Origin: Marsupella aquatica
Lineage: Eukaryota > Plantae > Marchantiophyta
Direction: 5' to 3'
Length of the DNA: 64,000 bases
Assembly: GCA_973895155.1 (NCBI GenBank)
Contig: OZ316899.1
Coordinates: 9,422,287-9,486,286 of the forward strand
The notes beneath the pieces were generated by a model that made no database searches, was not told where the DNA came from, and saw only the letters and a program-made list of their open reading frames with translations. Shown here piece by piece: positions 12,666 through 25,600 of the stretch. Within the stretch, counting starts at the first letter, position 1; each line of letters opens with the position of its first letter. A program made the position numbers and the translations under genes.

Positions 12666-13877
12666 TCTCAGAGAGGCCGCCAAGATTGAAACTTTATATT
12701 CTCCTTTAATGTCAGAGAGGCAACCGACATAAGAAATGGTCGAAGTAAAGTACCCGATCCAACCTCAAAGAGGCGCCAACAATAGCACGGACTGCGATTT
12801 GGTTGTGCCCCAAAAGAATTCATCTCAGCTGATTTGCTGAGTTCCGGTGTTGGACTGATATCAGTCACTGATGAAACTCACTGATAACTGATGAAGTACA
12901 CGACCCCTTTATGTGGATTGTTGTTCCACAGGACTTTGAGCTCCCTGAAGGTTAACTACTTAAACCATATCAGTGGATAGTCCTCAGTTAGTATACAATA
13001 AAGGCTAAGCAGGCATTGGATATCACTAGTGAAGGGTAGCATTGAATATTACTTAGTAAAGGTCTCATGTTAGTAATCGCTATATATGTGCAGTAAAATG
13101 CACCTGTTTTGTAATAAATCCCTTGTGCACAATAAAGTTCATTTTAATTGGCCCATCTCTTGTCAAGCTTGGTTTTCAACCGAGAAGTCTCAAGTGGCGT
13201 GTCTATTTGGCTATATCACTTGAATATATTAATTTTGATCATCTGGACTTCATGTTTGAGTTTATGTATTTACTGTCTAGAACATAGCTACAGTCCTTCC
13301 CATTCAAGACTCCCAATTTCCCAAAACGTTTTTGGATCAACTATCCCTGACTAGTTCATAGGGACTAAGGAAGAGTTTGATGCGCTTCCAAATGGGACCA
13401 CTTCCCAGCTCTAAGAATGGTTAGTATTCTCATTGTCTACCTGTTCCAGATCCAGAAAGAGCAGGACAATGTACAGTAGAGATTTCATATTGGAAAAGTC
13501 CAACCTAAGAGAACTCAAAACCTACAACCCTGAGAAAGGAGGCTGGAGTTGTCATCCATTATATGTGGCCTGCGGGGATGGGATGGAGTTGAATATTTAC
13601 TTACCACTGCAAGAGTAAAAGTGCAACCTATGTCCCACAGTATACTAGAAGGTGGAGGTTTTGAAGTCAAGCGCATCCTAATGTTGAGTTAAACTGTCTA
13701 ACTTATTTCAATAGCCGCTACTAAAAGGTAGTACTTATGTCCCACAGGAAAGTCATTTGAGTGGGGAAAAATATACGCGCTTCAAAATATATTCATGATT
13801 GCTCTTGAGTCTTTACAAAGATTGGAGTAAACATCCAAGTGTAATTGGTTCAAGGTTTGTCTAACTACTTCACTATA

Positions 13878-14549
13878 CTACTCGTAGGTGATCTTCATAG
13901 ATTTCAGGGACTGAAATAGCTCCCCTCCAAAATTCACACAGGCATCCTTAAGTCTACTGATCGGCCCCAAGTGGGCTTTCACCGGAGTAGTGTCAATACG
14001 GCTGAGCGAGTTCAAAAACTTAGGATTGTTGTCTTCCTTTGGTATGATCACATGTACACTACTATGTGCCTCAGGGAGGCTAGGTCCTACTTCAGGCTCA
14101 CATTTAATAACACTAGTTAACTGTAACGACCTAGCCACAACAAGTGCTCGACAGGCATCTTTGTCTTTCACATAAGTAATAGTCCACAATGTACTCATTA
14201 CTTGAGTACATGCACTCCTGATCTTGTCAGGGTAACCATCAAGCTCGTCCTTGAAAACTTTACCAGACACACCCATTAGCTTCTCCCCATTCTCTTCATT
14301 AAACTGAATCACTTCATCGCCAACCTGCACAGCAAAGCAGTACATCTGTGTACCAGCCCCATCAAGACAGCACTCATGTGTAGTTCTGCCTTGTGAATGG
14401 GGTCCCATTGGGGAGTTTGCATCTTGCCTTCTCAATTTTTGCTTGTGCTTGCCCAAAGCACAGGGTCTACCATCACTCAACAGGTTTGAACAGCTTTCAT
14501 AAACATAAGAGCCAGGACAAAGTCCCCACATGGACTCATTCTTGGCCAT
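13878..14549 (-). CDS. RPA70 C-terminal-like OB-fold with zinc ribbon (putative ssDNA-binding), probably a 3' exon
   Basis: YVYESC...C..GK...C....YCFAVQVGD....FNEENGEKLMGVS follows the Rep_fac-A_C pattern Y.AC..C.KK..C..C..Y....D...F....E.L.G.S. Open 223-aa frame with a splice acceptor just upstream. Confidence 0.6.
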   Translation of the reverse strand: MAKNESMWGLCPGSYVYESCSNLLSDGRPCALGKHKQKLRRQDANSPMGPHSQGRTTHECCLDGAGTQMYCFAVQVGDEVIQFNEENGEKLMGVSGKVFKDELDGYPDKIRSACTQVMSTLWTITYVKDKDACRALVVARSLQLTSVIKCEPEVGPSLPEAHSSVHVIIPKEDNNPKFLNSLSRIDTTPVKAHLGPISRLKDACVNFGGELFQSLKSMKITYE

Positions 14550-14744
14550 CTACAGCAAATCAAACAGAGAGGCTAAGTATTTAGAAACTGCTAAAATCTT
14601 ATGCTACACTAATGCTATCATTGAAGTACTAAATGACACATTCACAGTTCACTCCTTAAGGACACAATCAAGATCCACTCAAAGCACATACTCTACTTGA
14701 CCAAGGAAAGGACTTGTTTGCAGAAGGGAGAAATTACTTGAATC

Positions 14745-15815
14745 ACACCCACTCCTCAAAAAGGAGAATCACTCCTTCTCTAAGGACATGCACTCCCTGT
14801 TCGACTCCTTGTTTGAAGACGTCTACTACTTTAAGAAGGACACACACTCCTTTCCTAAGGACGAACACTCCTAAACGAACAGTCCTTTGGAAAGGAGTAA
14901 CACTCATTTTACAAGGACCAAAAGTCCTTGTAAAAGGACTATTGCTCCTTTGTCAAGGACCTGTAGTCCTTGCAAAAGGACTAGTGCTCCTTTGTCAAGG
15001 ACCAACTGTCCTTTCAAAAGGACTACCGTCTTCCCCCGAACACAGCGCCCAGGCACTATATTCGAATAGTGGGCCATGGGGCGTTATATTCGAATAGTGC
15101 GCCCAGGGCGTTGTGTTTGAATTTTGACACTATGTTTTGGAATTTTTTTACCTTGTGGCGTTGTGTTTGAATTGTGGCGTTGTGTTCAAATTTAGGCATT
15201 GTGATGAATTTAGGATGTAAGCAGGAATGATAGGCATAGAATTTAGGGAGTAAGCAAAAATGAAAGGCTAATGCTTTTGGACCATTTCAGCCTGGCCAAA
15301 TTTGGTGAAGCAAAATAAAAAACGGCTTAGAAAATCATTCTCTGGTTTCTATGGGTTTGCACATGGATGTAATTATTATTTGCAGAGTTGTCAAGTGCCA
15401 TTTCAATTGAGTATGTGTGGGAAATATTGCTCCTAGCATTGTTGTCAAGATGTGAAGATTATTAACAGCTTTTTGTTTACTTTGCTTATGCTTTGATTGT
15501 AATTCATGAATTTGCACTTTTTGTGCTCAATGCTGTCAAGATTAGGAAAAACTAAAACACAACCCTGAATATTCAAACACAATGCCACATTCAAACACAA
15601 GGCCATATTCGAACACAACGCCCGGGCATTGTGTTAAAATGACGTTGTGTTCGAGTTAAAACTACTTTTTTTTACCAAGACTAAAAAATTTCAACTTTCG
15701 AACACAACGCCCGGGCGTTGTGTTCGGGGGAAGACGGTAGTGCTCCTTTGTCAAGGACCATCAGTCCTTTAAAAAGGACAGACACTCCTTAACAAAGGAG
15801 TGACACTCCTTGACC
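14745..15815. repeat. 21-bp degenerate tandem repeat (heptad-coding on the minus strand), interrupted by a MITE
   Basis: aaaggact...ctcctttgtc units, e.g. 14933-15023; the array resumes at 15740. Confidence 0.8.
15026..15737. mobile_element. 712-bp non-autonomous Tc1/mariner-pogo-type MITE with TA TSD
   Basis: TA|CCGTCTTCCCCCGAACACA...TGTGTTCGGGGGAAGACGG|TA. The empty site ggacTAgtgctcctttgtcaagg matches the neighbouring repeat unit at ~14978. Subterminal GAACACAACGCC repeats at both ends. Confidence 0.95.
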
Positions 15816-18059
15816 TTAGCACTCAACAACGGTATTAATTTCACCTTCCTGCTAGAATCTACATCACACTTCTGTTTTTTCCCTGAATCCTCATCCTCAA
15901 CCTTTGGTGACAACATGACCATCTTGGATGATCTGTCTTCACCACCGCAATCCTCAATAGCTGCATCCTCAACCGTGGAAGAAGGTATTATAGAAGCCAA
16001 GCACCGCTCAACAATCTCTTGCAGATCCTGCTCCACAATAGCAGACCGTGTTCCATAAGAAGCAGTACACTGTGAACAGTGCTCAACATCCATTCGTAAC
16101 CCATCCATCTCCAAAGATTGCAAACTCATCAATTGAAAGCCAACTAGCAATTAAAGTGCAGACCAGTGTGGATACCTTTCCTTTGATTGAGACCATATTG
16201 TTCACCAACTGTCGCCTCTGGGCCAATCGCCTACAGTTCTTCCCATATAGGTCCTCCACTTCCATGGCCATTGGGTGATGCTCCAAGGCTATATGAGTGC
16301 CCTCTTTGTAGCCTTGCTCATCATCTAAACCCCAGGCTTGTAACCAGTCATTACTGAAAATTTCCCCGCATGCCTGGCATTGTGGGCCGCCCGTACATGA
16401 ATGAATATAAGTAAACAAACATGCAGGATGATATGTGTGCCCATAGGATGTTGGGATCCAATTGTAGCAATGGTATCCATTGAAACAAATTGGACAACTT
16501 GATACAGAAACTCTGCTAAAAACTGTTTCAGTGGACGTAAGGGTATAACGTGGCATCACTGCAGGACATGGGTTGCATAAAACGTCTGCCACAATTGCAA
16601 GCTCTACTTCTTGATGCTTCAAATTAGATTCAATCTTTTGGCGTTCTGCTGCTAACTTGTTAGATAAGTCAAACATCCGGGACATCATTTTAGGCACACT
16701 CTCGTCATACTCTTGTTTTCTCTGTAATCTTTCCTTCACACTATGCAAATCCCGTCGGGTGGCTTCCAATAGGCTAGAAAGTTGGATGATTGTACTCTCG
16801 TCAGTTCTCAACGTTGTCCCCATCAAGGCCAACAAGTTGTTGTTAACGTGCAATATCAACATTTCAAACAATCACATGTCTTGCCACAAGGTCCATCGCC
16901 TAAAGCCCAAATTGAAGTCCACAACCGCAAACAAATGGGTCCTGAACAAAGAAAGTACATGATCCTAGCAAGATGAAGGAGGAAATCTCAAAGTACCTCT
17001 TCAATCGCCTCTCCTTCACCCTGCTTGTTGGATTCCAACTCAGTGTCGGCCGTTAGTTCTTCCACTGCAATTTCTTCTGCATCAATTTTGTTGGAGATTT
17101 TATCTTCTTGAAGTCGTAGGTTCTCAATCTCTTGCTGTAATGAGCTCTCCACATCACCATGTCCCGACTAAATTACCTTCAGTTTGTCCATGGTAGAATG
17201 GACCTTGTCAAACAGGTTTCTTGTTCACAGACACGAGCTGACCCCTCATCTTAGATATCTCGGCTTCTATGGCAGATACCAGAATGTTCTTCACTTTCAA
17301 GGGAATCTGTCTCTTCTCCGATGGACAAACACATAGAATAGGTGTGGGAGGAGGTACTGTCCTAACCTTAGTCAAGGTGAAACTGCCAAGCTCCTTGGGC
17401 ACAACATTTTTAGGGCTCTCAAAAAGTGCTAACTGTCCGTCACAAACGATGGGTTTAGTCTCTAACGAAGACTTTGGAGCTGAATACAGTTGAGGCTTTC
17501 TAACACAAGGAGGGCCATCAGGCCTACCTTTCCCATCTCGTGACCATTGAGTTACCCGACCCTTCAGTTTTGTCAATGCATAAGCTGCCCAGTTTACCTT
17601 TCTATGAAGCACTCGCTCGGCATAGGCACCTTTGACAAATGTATGAGATAGAATTCCATTAACAGGCTTCTCATACCCGTCCACCACTTGAGACAATGCT
17701 AAAATCTCATCAAGAGGAATACCCATGCAAGTACTTAGCTTATAGCCATTCCTTGTTACCTCACCAAAGCATGCACTCAACTGTTCCTCGATGAGATCTA
17801 AAATCTCGTGGGGAGTTTCACCCTCATTGGGGAGACCAAAGTTTGTAGCAAACCAGGCTGCATCCTTGTAGAACTCGGTTGGAGACCAAGTTACATCAAA
17901 GCTCTGGCCTTTCACTTTCTTAGCTGCTCTTGGCAGTTGAGCTTTGGTGTTTTCCTTCGTGATGCCTGTCTCAACTTTTGCCAGGACATTGGATACTGGC
18001 TGTATTGACTTGACATCCACCCCTCCATCAACTATCAATGGAGAAGCGGTATCCATCAA
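15761..18059 (-). pseudogene. Coiled-coil + RING-finger protein (putative E3 ligase), disrupted
   Basis: CPICFNG...TSYGHTYHPACL......PQCQAC in 16083-16871 is a RING-H2-like pattern with the third Cys replaced by Tyr. Upstream ORF 17208-18059 is on the same strand and followed by coiled-coil sequence. Confidence 0.7.
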
Positions 18060-18504
18060 ACTCTTCCTGAATAAACAAAAAAACTGTGACTAAACACTCA
18101 ATAAGACCTCTGCCCACAATATGTAAAGGTATGCCTCATAGGATGAACTAAACTACACGGAGCAATAGCCTATATAGGAATATACATAAATTTGAAGTTT
18201 GAGCTATACCTTCTAGCCACGATAACAAAATTAAGTCCCCTCTGATGTCTGCTTTGCAACTCACCAAGTAGTTTCCACCGAGCAACAACCAGCTAGTAAC
18301 GAGCAGTAATCCTCCACTACAATTAAGTAGCTTGCAATCTGCCAATGCCCAACAATCAACGATCCCCCAATGCGTAGCAATCCATGATCCCCAATGCACA
18401 GCAATGACCAATCCCCCAATGCGGAGAAATCAACAACCCGTCAAGCAGCAATCCTCTATCAATTGGAAAATCCGCAATGCACAAACCCCCATTACCACAT
18501 ACGC

Positions 18505-18690
18505 TCTGTGGATAGAGCTCCGCCCAGGTGAAACTTGAGTGAGAAATGGGCGGATAGAGCTTCGCCCAGATGAAACTTCAATGAGAAATGGGCGGATAGG
18601 GCTCCGCCCAAGTGAAACAAGTGCAAGTGAGAAATGGGTGGATAGAGCTTCGCCCAAGTGAAACAAGTACAAGTGAGAAATGGGCGGCCC
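18505..18690. repeat. 42-46 bp tandem repeat (about 4.5 copies) containing palindrome TGGGCGGA-TAGAGC-TCCGCCCA
   Basis: gagaaatgggcggatagagctycgccca..tgaaac at 18541, 18583 and 18629, plus partial copies. Confidence 0.9.
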
Positions 18691-18804
18691 AAGCTTTCTG
18701 TGAGCGGGAAGTCAAATGGACAGTACAACTCTTGCATTGGCCGCACTTCTCTTCTCAAGGGATTCAAATTGGCAGAGAACTCCGCGTGTTTGGAGTCCTC
18801 GTAA

Positions 18805-21110
18805 TGTCCTGACCCCACCAATGTTGTTATTAAGTCTTAAGTATGTTTTGTCTCAAAGTGAGCTCAAAACATCCTTGGCGGCTCAAGATCCTTGTCATCT
18901 CAACCAGTCATGTGCCAAGGATTGCAAGGACTGCCATACCAGAATCCCAGTCCTTTTTGCACCTTTTGGTACCCATCAATCTTGCTCTCCACCGACTTGC
19001 CAATCTTCATTGTGACCACTAAGTGTGAGTGCATTTGAAGTGTAGGAGAGCAAGAGAAGAGTCCATGCTAGGGTGTAATCTTGGTCTAAGCTTGAAGGGG
19101 ATGTGCTAGTACAAAACCAAGGCCAAGGAGGCAAAGTTAAGGTGGAGCACTACTTTGAGACTTAGACTGAGAGGATTGTAGCTTGAGGGTGGAAATTACT
19201 TTGCTTGGTGTGTGGTGTTAACAAGAAATAAGAACAAGAGAAAGAGTCCTTAGATAGAGGAGCCTTCTCTAGAGCTCAAAGGGGATGTGTGGACCCAAAC
19301 CAAGGCCTGAGGGCAAGGTTGAGGGGTAACACTACTTTGAGGGTCTTAAGGAGACTTAAGCTTGAAGAGAAAAGTACTTTGGGTTCTTGGGTGTTTGTGT
19401 GAGAATCTACTCAAGGTGACAGCTTGGAGCAGAGATCCCCCTTGCTGATCCTTGGAGTAGAGGAGAGGAGAAGGGTGTGAGTGCAAAAGTAGTCAAGGGG
19501 ACTACCTCTCTAGAAGTGGAGAGTTGAAACTACTTATGTATGGAGTGAGTAGATATTGCAAGCATATTTCAAAAGTTTTGTCAATCCTTTATGACCCTGG
19601 TATGATGTGGAGTAGGTATTAGGTAATTTTTTGGGGAGAAAAGCCACTTAAGCTCCTTGACAAGTGTTTGACATAGAGACTCACCCTTGTTTTTGGCCCC
19701 GCTACCGAGGACAACTCCTTGCAATTTTTGTTGTGAGAGTGGAGCCACAAGACTTGGAGGTGTGTTTGCAGGTTGGTTGTTCAAGAGGAGGGAGATAAGA
19801 AGGTGATTGTGAGTGGCATGCCCACTACAAGGAGTCAAGCACTAAGAGAAACCTCTCTTAGTTTTAACTTTGGTGACCAGCTGGAGCAACCAGATTGGGT
19901 GGACATTCATTTGCAAGCTGAAGCGGAACCCAGTGTAGGGTGGAGTGATACATCCTCTTCCACTTCCAACACAAGTGAAGAGCAAGAAGCAGCCATGGTA
20001 GTGACTCAAAGAGCAAGATTTCAGTACAAGACATTCCATGGCAAGCCCAAGGAGGATCCTGATGCTTGGTTGGAGGACTTCATTGGGACAGCCCAAGCCA
20101 ATGGAGAGTTCGATATTAAGTTGACCACTTTGGCGGGTGTCTTGAGAGGAGAAGCAAGACCTTGGTTCAACAGCCTATCAAATATCACCAAGAATGATTG
20201 GGATGCCTTCAAGCTAGCCTTCTTGCAGGAGTTTAGGAAGGTGGGAGAAAAATTGGAAGCTTTGATCAAGATGAGAGAGATCAGAATGGGATCCAAGGAG
20301 TCAGTAAGGAGGTTTCTGCAAAGGTTTCAAAGGTTAGCTACCAAGCTTGACCCTAGACCAGTAGACTCCATGTTGTTGGCGTGGTTTGTGGCAAGCCTAC
20401 CCAAGAAGATGGGTGTCTCAGTAAGGAAATCCCACCCTAATACTTTGGATGAGGCCATTGAGGCAGCTCAGTCTTATAGGAGTGGTGAGATCTCTAGTTC
20501 CAAGAGTAGGAGAAAGAAGAAGCGATTTGCCCATAGTGATTCTTCTTCTAGCTCAAGTGAATCAAGTAGTTCAGTTGAAGATACTTTTGATTCAGAATCT
20601 AAGCAGAGTAGTTCCAGTTCAAAATCAGAATCTGATTTTGATGAGGACTCCAAGAAGAAGAAGAAGAAGAAGAAGAAGGAAAAAAGCGACCAGAAGAGGA
20701 GAGCTAGCAAGAAGAAGCCAGGTGGTAAGCACCACAAATCTGCAACCTTCAACTTGGTGGAAGGTTCTACACCAGCAACCAAGGAGAAGAAGTTGATGGA
20801 CAACAAGATGAGTGAGATCACCAACCAACTCAAGGCCCTATCAGTTCATTTTACTGGTATGCAACCTGATAGGAGAAAGGTACCAGTAAATAGAGTCCAT
20901 GTATGGTGTGTCAAGTGCAAAAGTTCTGGCCATACACCTCAAGAGTGCCAAGGTTGGAGGAATCAAGTTCAGTATGTCAATGAAGAGGGGTATCAACACC
21001 GTGCCAGGAAATAGGAAAATCCAAACAGGAAACCAATTCAACCAAAACGCCAACAATATATCCCAAAATAACATGTGCAAAGAGAATATTCCATGAATAA
21101 CCCGGCTAGT
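18805..21110 (+). mobile_element. Truncated Ty3/gypsy LTR retrotransposon (5' LTR region, PBS, gag; pol missing); boundaries approximate
   Basis: Degenerate tRNA-Asp-type PBS tggccccgctaccgagga at 19694-19711 (14/18 match to TGGCGCCGTTGCCGGGGA), followed by gag. Confidence 0.65.
19818..21014 (+). CDS. gag: Gypsy Gag (Retrotrans_gag + CCHC zinc knuckle)
   Basis: MPTTRSQ start; FHGKPKEDPDAWLEDF, LRGEARPWF, ESVRRFLQRF and WCVKCKSSGHTPQEC. Confidence 0.9.
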   Translation: MPTTRSQALRETSLSFNFGDQLEQPDWVDIHLQAEAEPSVGWSDTSSSTSNTSEEQEAAMVVTQRARFQYKTFHGKPKEDPDAWLEDFIGTAQANGEFDIKLTTLAGVLRGEARPWFNSLSNITKNDWDAFKLAFLQEFRKVGEKLEALIKMREIRMGSKESVRRFLQRFQRLATKLDPRPVDSMLLAWFVASLPKKMGVSVRKSHPNTLDEAIEAAQSYRSGEISSSKSRRKKKRFAHSDSSSSSSESSSSVEDTFDSESKQSSSSSKSESDFDEDSKKKKKKKKKEKSDQKRRASKKKPGGKHHKSATFNLVEGSTPATKEKKLMDNKMSEITNQLKALSVHFTGMQPDRRKVPVNRVHVWCVKCKSSGHTPQECQGWRNQVQYVNEEGYQHRARK

Positions 21111-22045
21111 CAATGGGTAAAAACTCTCAAAATCCAAAGCAATGTTCACTTTTAATCATCCAAGGTTCCAAACATAGCGATCGACTCAAACATGAAAACA
21201 TCATAGCGCCAGGCGCTACTCAAAACTGAATACCATAATGAAACACAACCATGAAACATCATAGCGCCAGGTGCTACCCACAAATGAAAAATGTAATGAT
21301 ACTAGTTAACAAAACTCAAGCCAAAATGATTTTTACTAAAGCAAAAACATTGTGTATACACGCTTCTACTAATGAAGCACAATACAAAATTCCAAAATGA
21401 GGAGCCTAAAGTCCACCTCCATCGATTCAAAATTATTCACCGGATCACAGATTGCATCAGCAAAACAAGGATCTCCTGGAGGCCTAAGAGTCTAACCACA
21501 CAATTCTATTCAAGAATGTCGGATCAGAAAAAGACCCAAATCCGTCATTGAGCCCTTGCGAACTGTAGTCAACCTCATTCTAACAGAGTAATCCTCGGTG
21601 AAATAACCCATTCACAAGCCTAACCTAACCCCAAAATGAAGCACCAAGTGCACCTCCTCCGATTCCAAACTACGAACCGGATAAGGGTCTCCTCCATGAA
21701 ATGAGTAGCGCCAGGCGCTACCCAAGACCATGACCACCATGATCCTAAGATGATCCTGGATCAAACGTAGATTCACATTCATCGTTGAGCCCTGCCTTCT
21801 TGCGTTTTGGCTTCTAACCCCAATTTAAGGAATACTAAAGTATTAGATTAATTCCAATTTTATCTAAATATTATTAGTTAATGAATGATCAACCTCTTTA
21901 ACATTTGGTGGGGTAGTCAAAAACTAAAAATGTTTTGTTGCAAGATCTTTATAACAATGCATCACTAAATGACATCAAGTAATGACATTAAGTACCTCTT
22001 GATCCATGCACAAATCCTTAATTAAACTGTCATTCATTGTTTCAA

Positions 22046-22600
22046 TTGTCTATTTAATTATTATAGGGTTGAATACAAAAAAGATTGACACGCACCAGGG
22101 TGCGTGACCTACAATCATAGTAAGTACCACCCTTTAATTAGTTAGTTTCTTTACAACAATTAATAGGATTGTTGTATATTACAATGTCTAATATCATGCC
22201 TTAATATCACCAAACTAAGGCCCCACTAACTAATATTATATCTTAAATAAACTAACCAACTAACTAACTTGTCTATTTAATTACTATAGCGTTGAATACA
22301 AAAAAGATTGACACGCACCAGGGTGCGTGACCTACAATCATAGTATCACCCTTTAATTAGTTAGTTTCTATTGCTTTGACTCAATCAGGCATAGAACCAT
22401 ATAAAATCAGAAATCATTGAAAGTTGAGTTCACTTGAAGATGTAACTATAATTATTATTTATCAATAGGATTGTTGTATATTACAATGTCTACTCGACAT
22501 TCATTTGAATGTCAATAATATTATGCCTTAATATCACCAAACTAAGGCCCCACTAACTAATATTATATCTTAAATAAACTAACCAACTAACTAACTTAGA
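22046..22600. repeat. Duplicated AT-rich segments containing palindrome CACGCACC-AG-GGTGCGTG (motif B type)
   Basis: gattgacacgcaccagggtgcgtgacctacaatcatagt at ~22083 and ~22307; a second duplicated block at ~22165 and ~22465. Confidence 0.85.
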
Positions 22601-22695
22601 CAAATGATAAGACTTGTCTAAACTTGAGTTCTCTGGCTACTACTATTCTGAGTTGCCTTTTAAACTGTATGCTAAACTACATGCTTCATTATTGT

Positions 22696-25600
22696 CTAGG
22701 ATTTGTCACTTGCTATGCATGTCAAGAGATAGTCTCTTGCCTTGGCAGCAACATTCTTTGGAATTCCTACCAGCCCTGTCACTGGTCCTTTGCGTGCTTT
22801 GAAACACCACAAGGCAGAGGAAACATTTATTGTCTCAGCTTCCTTGTATATTGGAGCTGGATCACGTTCCCATTTCTTATCCCAAGAATCTGCCCACCAC
22901 TCTCTTGGTTGCCAGTCTGATTGACCACGTTGCTTCTTTGCCATAAATGGTCTAAACCACTCAACGCCACATACATGAGTAAGAAGGTTTTGTTCATTCA
23001 CTGGTCCTTCTACCACATCTGTAACAACTAACCCCATATGGACGGGATAAACATCCAGGTCTGAGTCGTCTGGCCGTACCAACACATAACAGTCCTTCAC
23101 AACATCAACCCTAGGGTTAAAACTCTCAAGAGGTTTATCTTTTGCTGGTCCCACATAATCCACTATTGCCTCCAACTCACATGCCACATTTTGATATTCT
23201 GGTGGAACGTGCTCTCTCCAAGTTGTGTGCACCTTCAGGTTCATATTGCACCTACTCACCCTGTAGAGTATCTACAATGTCATTCCAATAATTGATGAGA
23301 GTTGTCCAACGTCGCTTTGGTTCTTCCTCTTTTGTTTGCTTTAGAATAAACTCAAAGAATGACACATGCTTCTTCAACCCTGTCAGCACTTCAGGAAGCA
23401 TTTTCAACTCCATCATTGGTAGCCGTTTGGGCACCCCAATTGGGATGTGAGGACTTTTGTCATCTTTCCATGACCACATTTCAATACCTTCCTTGGGTAA
23501 CCATCCCTGATCAGTTGATTTCATTTTGTATTGGAAGCATGGCATACTATCATGACAAACATAGAACCTAAACAGCCTGGGTTTTAAATGCCCACCAATG
23601 CCTCAGGGCCCTTCAACATGAATGGAGCTAAGTAGTTTTTGAAATCTGAGACCTCCTGTAGAAAATGTGGGACTGCATTGGGTGTCCTTGCTCTCATGAA
23701 CAAGGACATTAACTCAGGCAATGAGTATGTGGGGTTATGCATCATAGACTCTGAAAAATGCTCGAACATATCGTCAACGTCCTCATGAGTATGCCCAACC
23801 ACCATCAAACCAAGATGAACCTCTTCAAACACCTCCCTTGCCGTCAACAATGACAAATAAGCCATCATATATCTGTTCTTGTTGTCTGAGGCACAATTAT
23901 CCAGTTGTAGCTTCAATACTCGTGGAAGGGGCCTGAACTTTGGTGCCTCAGGTGCTGCATCACAATGTAACAATCTCAGAATGCTTTTAAATAAAACCCT
24001 AGTCAGACCCTAAACCCCAATTTAGGGTTTAGGGTTTAAACCCTATTAATGAAACCTTGGCTAGGAGGAGCAACAACTACACAAAGTAGAGTGTCAGTGT
24101 GTGTGAGCTTATATTATTAAATAATAATAAATTAAAGGATTGTGAGTAAAGTACCTAGGCTTGAGATGTAGGCAATGTCATCCTCAAATGCTCTAAGGAC
24201 ACTTGCCTCCAAGATATCTTTTCTCCCAAAAAGGAGGTCTTTAAAAAGACTTGTCGAGTCTGGCCCCTCCACAAGTGATTTGATCATTGGATTTGGGTTT
24301 TCCAACATCCTTAGTATTGAATCAATTGACCCAATAGTGATGTTGACATCACCTGGCCACACTCCAACATGATATTGGGCTATGGCCTTGGGACCATGAC
24401 CATGAGTAAGGATACCAGTGACAGTAATTGGGAACTTTTGGGCACCATCCACATGCTTAGGATTGAAGGGCATTCTTGGGAGAGCTGTCTTTGAATGATC
24501 CATCTTATCATGAATAAGGCATAACACTTTCTTTGGACGATGGATGGACTCATATCTCCAGGTATGATAGCACATTCTTTGCTGTGTGTGGTCTTGGTGA
24601 TGTTCCTCCTCGTCACGCCTTAGGCCCTCTAACTCTTCCTTAGCTCCTGTAAGGTTTGCTTTCCGTTGAAGCAACTCACTACAAGTTGTACACTTTGAAA
24701 AGTTGTTGCCCTTTTTGTGACGCGAGAAATCCCTGAAATACATCTGATGTAGATGACTCAAGGTGGGTTGGGAAATTGGAGGAAGACCAGCCTCCTTGTT
24801 GACAACATTAACCCTGTTTCTAATATTCTCCCAAGTAGATTTGTTGGCAATTCCCTCAAAACCATCCTTGTATTATCTGCCATGGTTCTCAACTTGGCTG
24901 GATGATGATCAGCTGCCTCCTCAATAATCTCTTTCATTGACATGAACACTCGAGATACTTTCTCGGACATACGCCTTTTTCTAGCATTACCATGGGTACC
25001 TATGTTCATTCCAGCCATCACAGTCTTCTTCAAGGCATAAAATTGAGTCTTTCCTCTTGAATGAATGATTCTCCATGCCTCCAGGCACAATACTTTGCCC
25101 TCCACTGCTAGAATCCTTTCTCCAGTACCCAAGTGTATTGTATTTTTAATAGCCTTGATTTCCTCCTCCTTGCGCTCCGCAAAAGATTTTGACCACCACT
25201 TTTGCCTAATTTCCATAGCCAAGTTGCGGTCTGTTGTAACCCGAGTTAACCAGACCATACATGAGGTTAACTAGGTTTACGCCTACTCAGGTTAGACCAC
25301 ATTAACTGTCTAACCGCCTGGCTATTCGATAGCCTATATGTAAGGATATGGAAGGGAATGAAGAATCAGTTGTTCTATACCTTACAACACGTTATCAGCA
25401 CGATGCTGATTTGAATCAAATTTTTTTAAAATTACCTCGCTTTTTCTTCTCTTGAGATAGATTGGCAACCTCTTAGGAAAGGATTAATGGCAGGCGAAGG
25501 TGCAGCGGTGGCTAGATCAATCAAGGGGGATGGAATGTTATAAATCAAGATTACACATTGGACAAATTGGACGATTGAGATAAGAAATTACAATTTACCA

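Noticed and set aside
13878-18059. Helitron call based on the RPA-like ORF
   Set aside because: No Rep/helicase ORF and no confident 5'-TC or 3'-hairpin-CTRR ends found.
21905-21960. Defined left TIR of element B matching ~55015-55066
   Set aside because: Similarity is patchy (GGGG..CTAAAAATG..TGCAA) and no TSD could be read, so it is not reported as a feature.
24005-24045. Telomere
   Set aside because: Only 2-3 TTTAGGG units inside an intron-like gap (similar at ~5115 and ~12551); interstitial telo-box at most.
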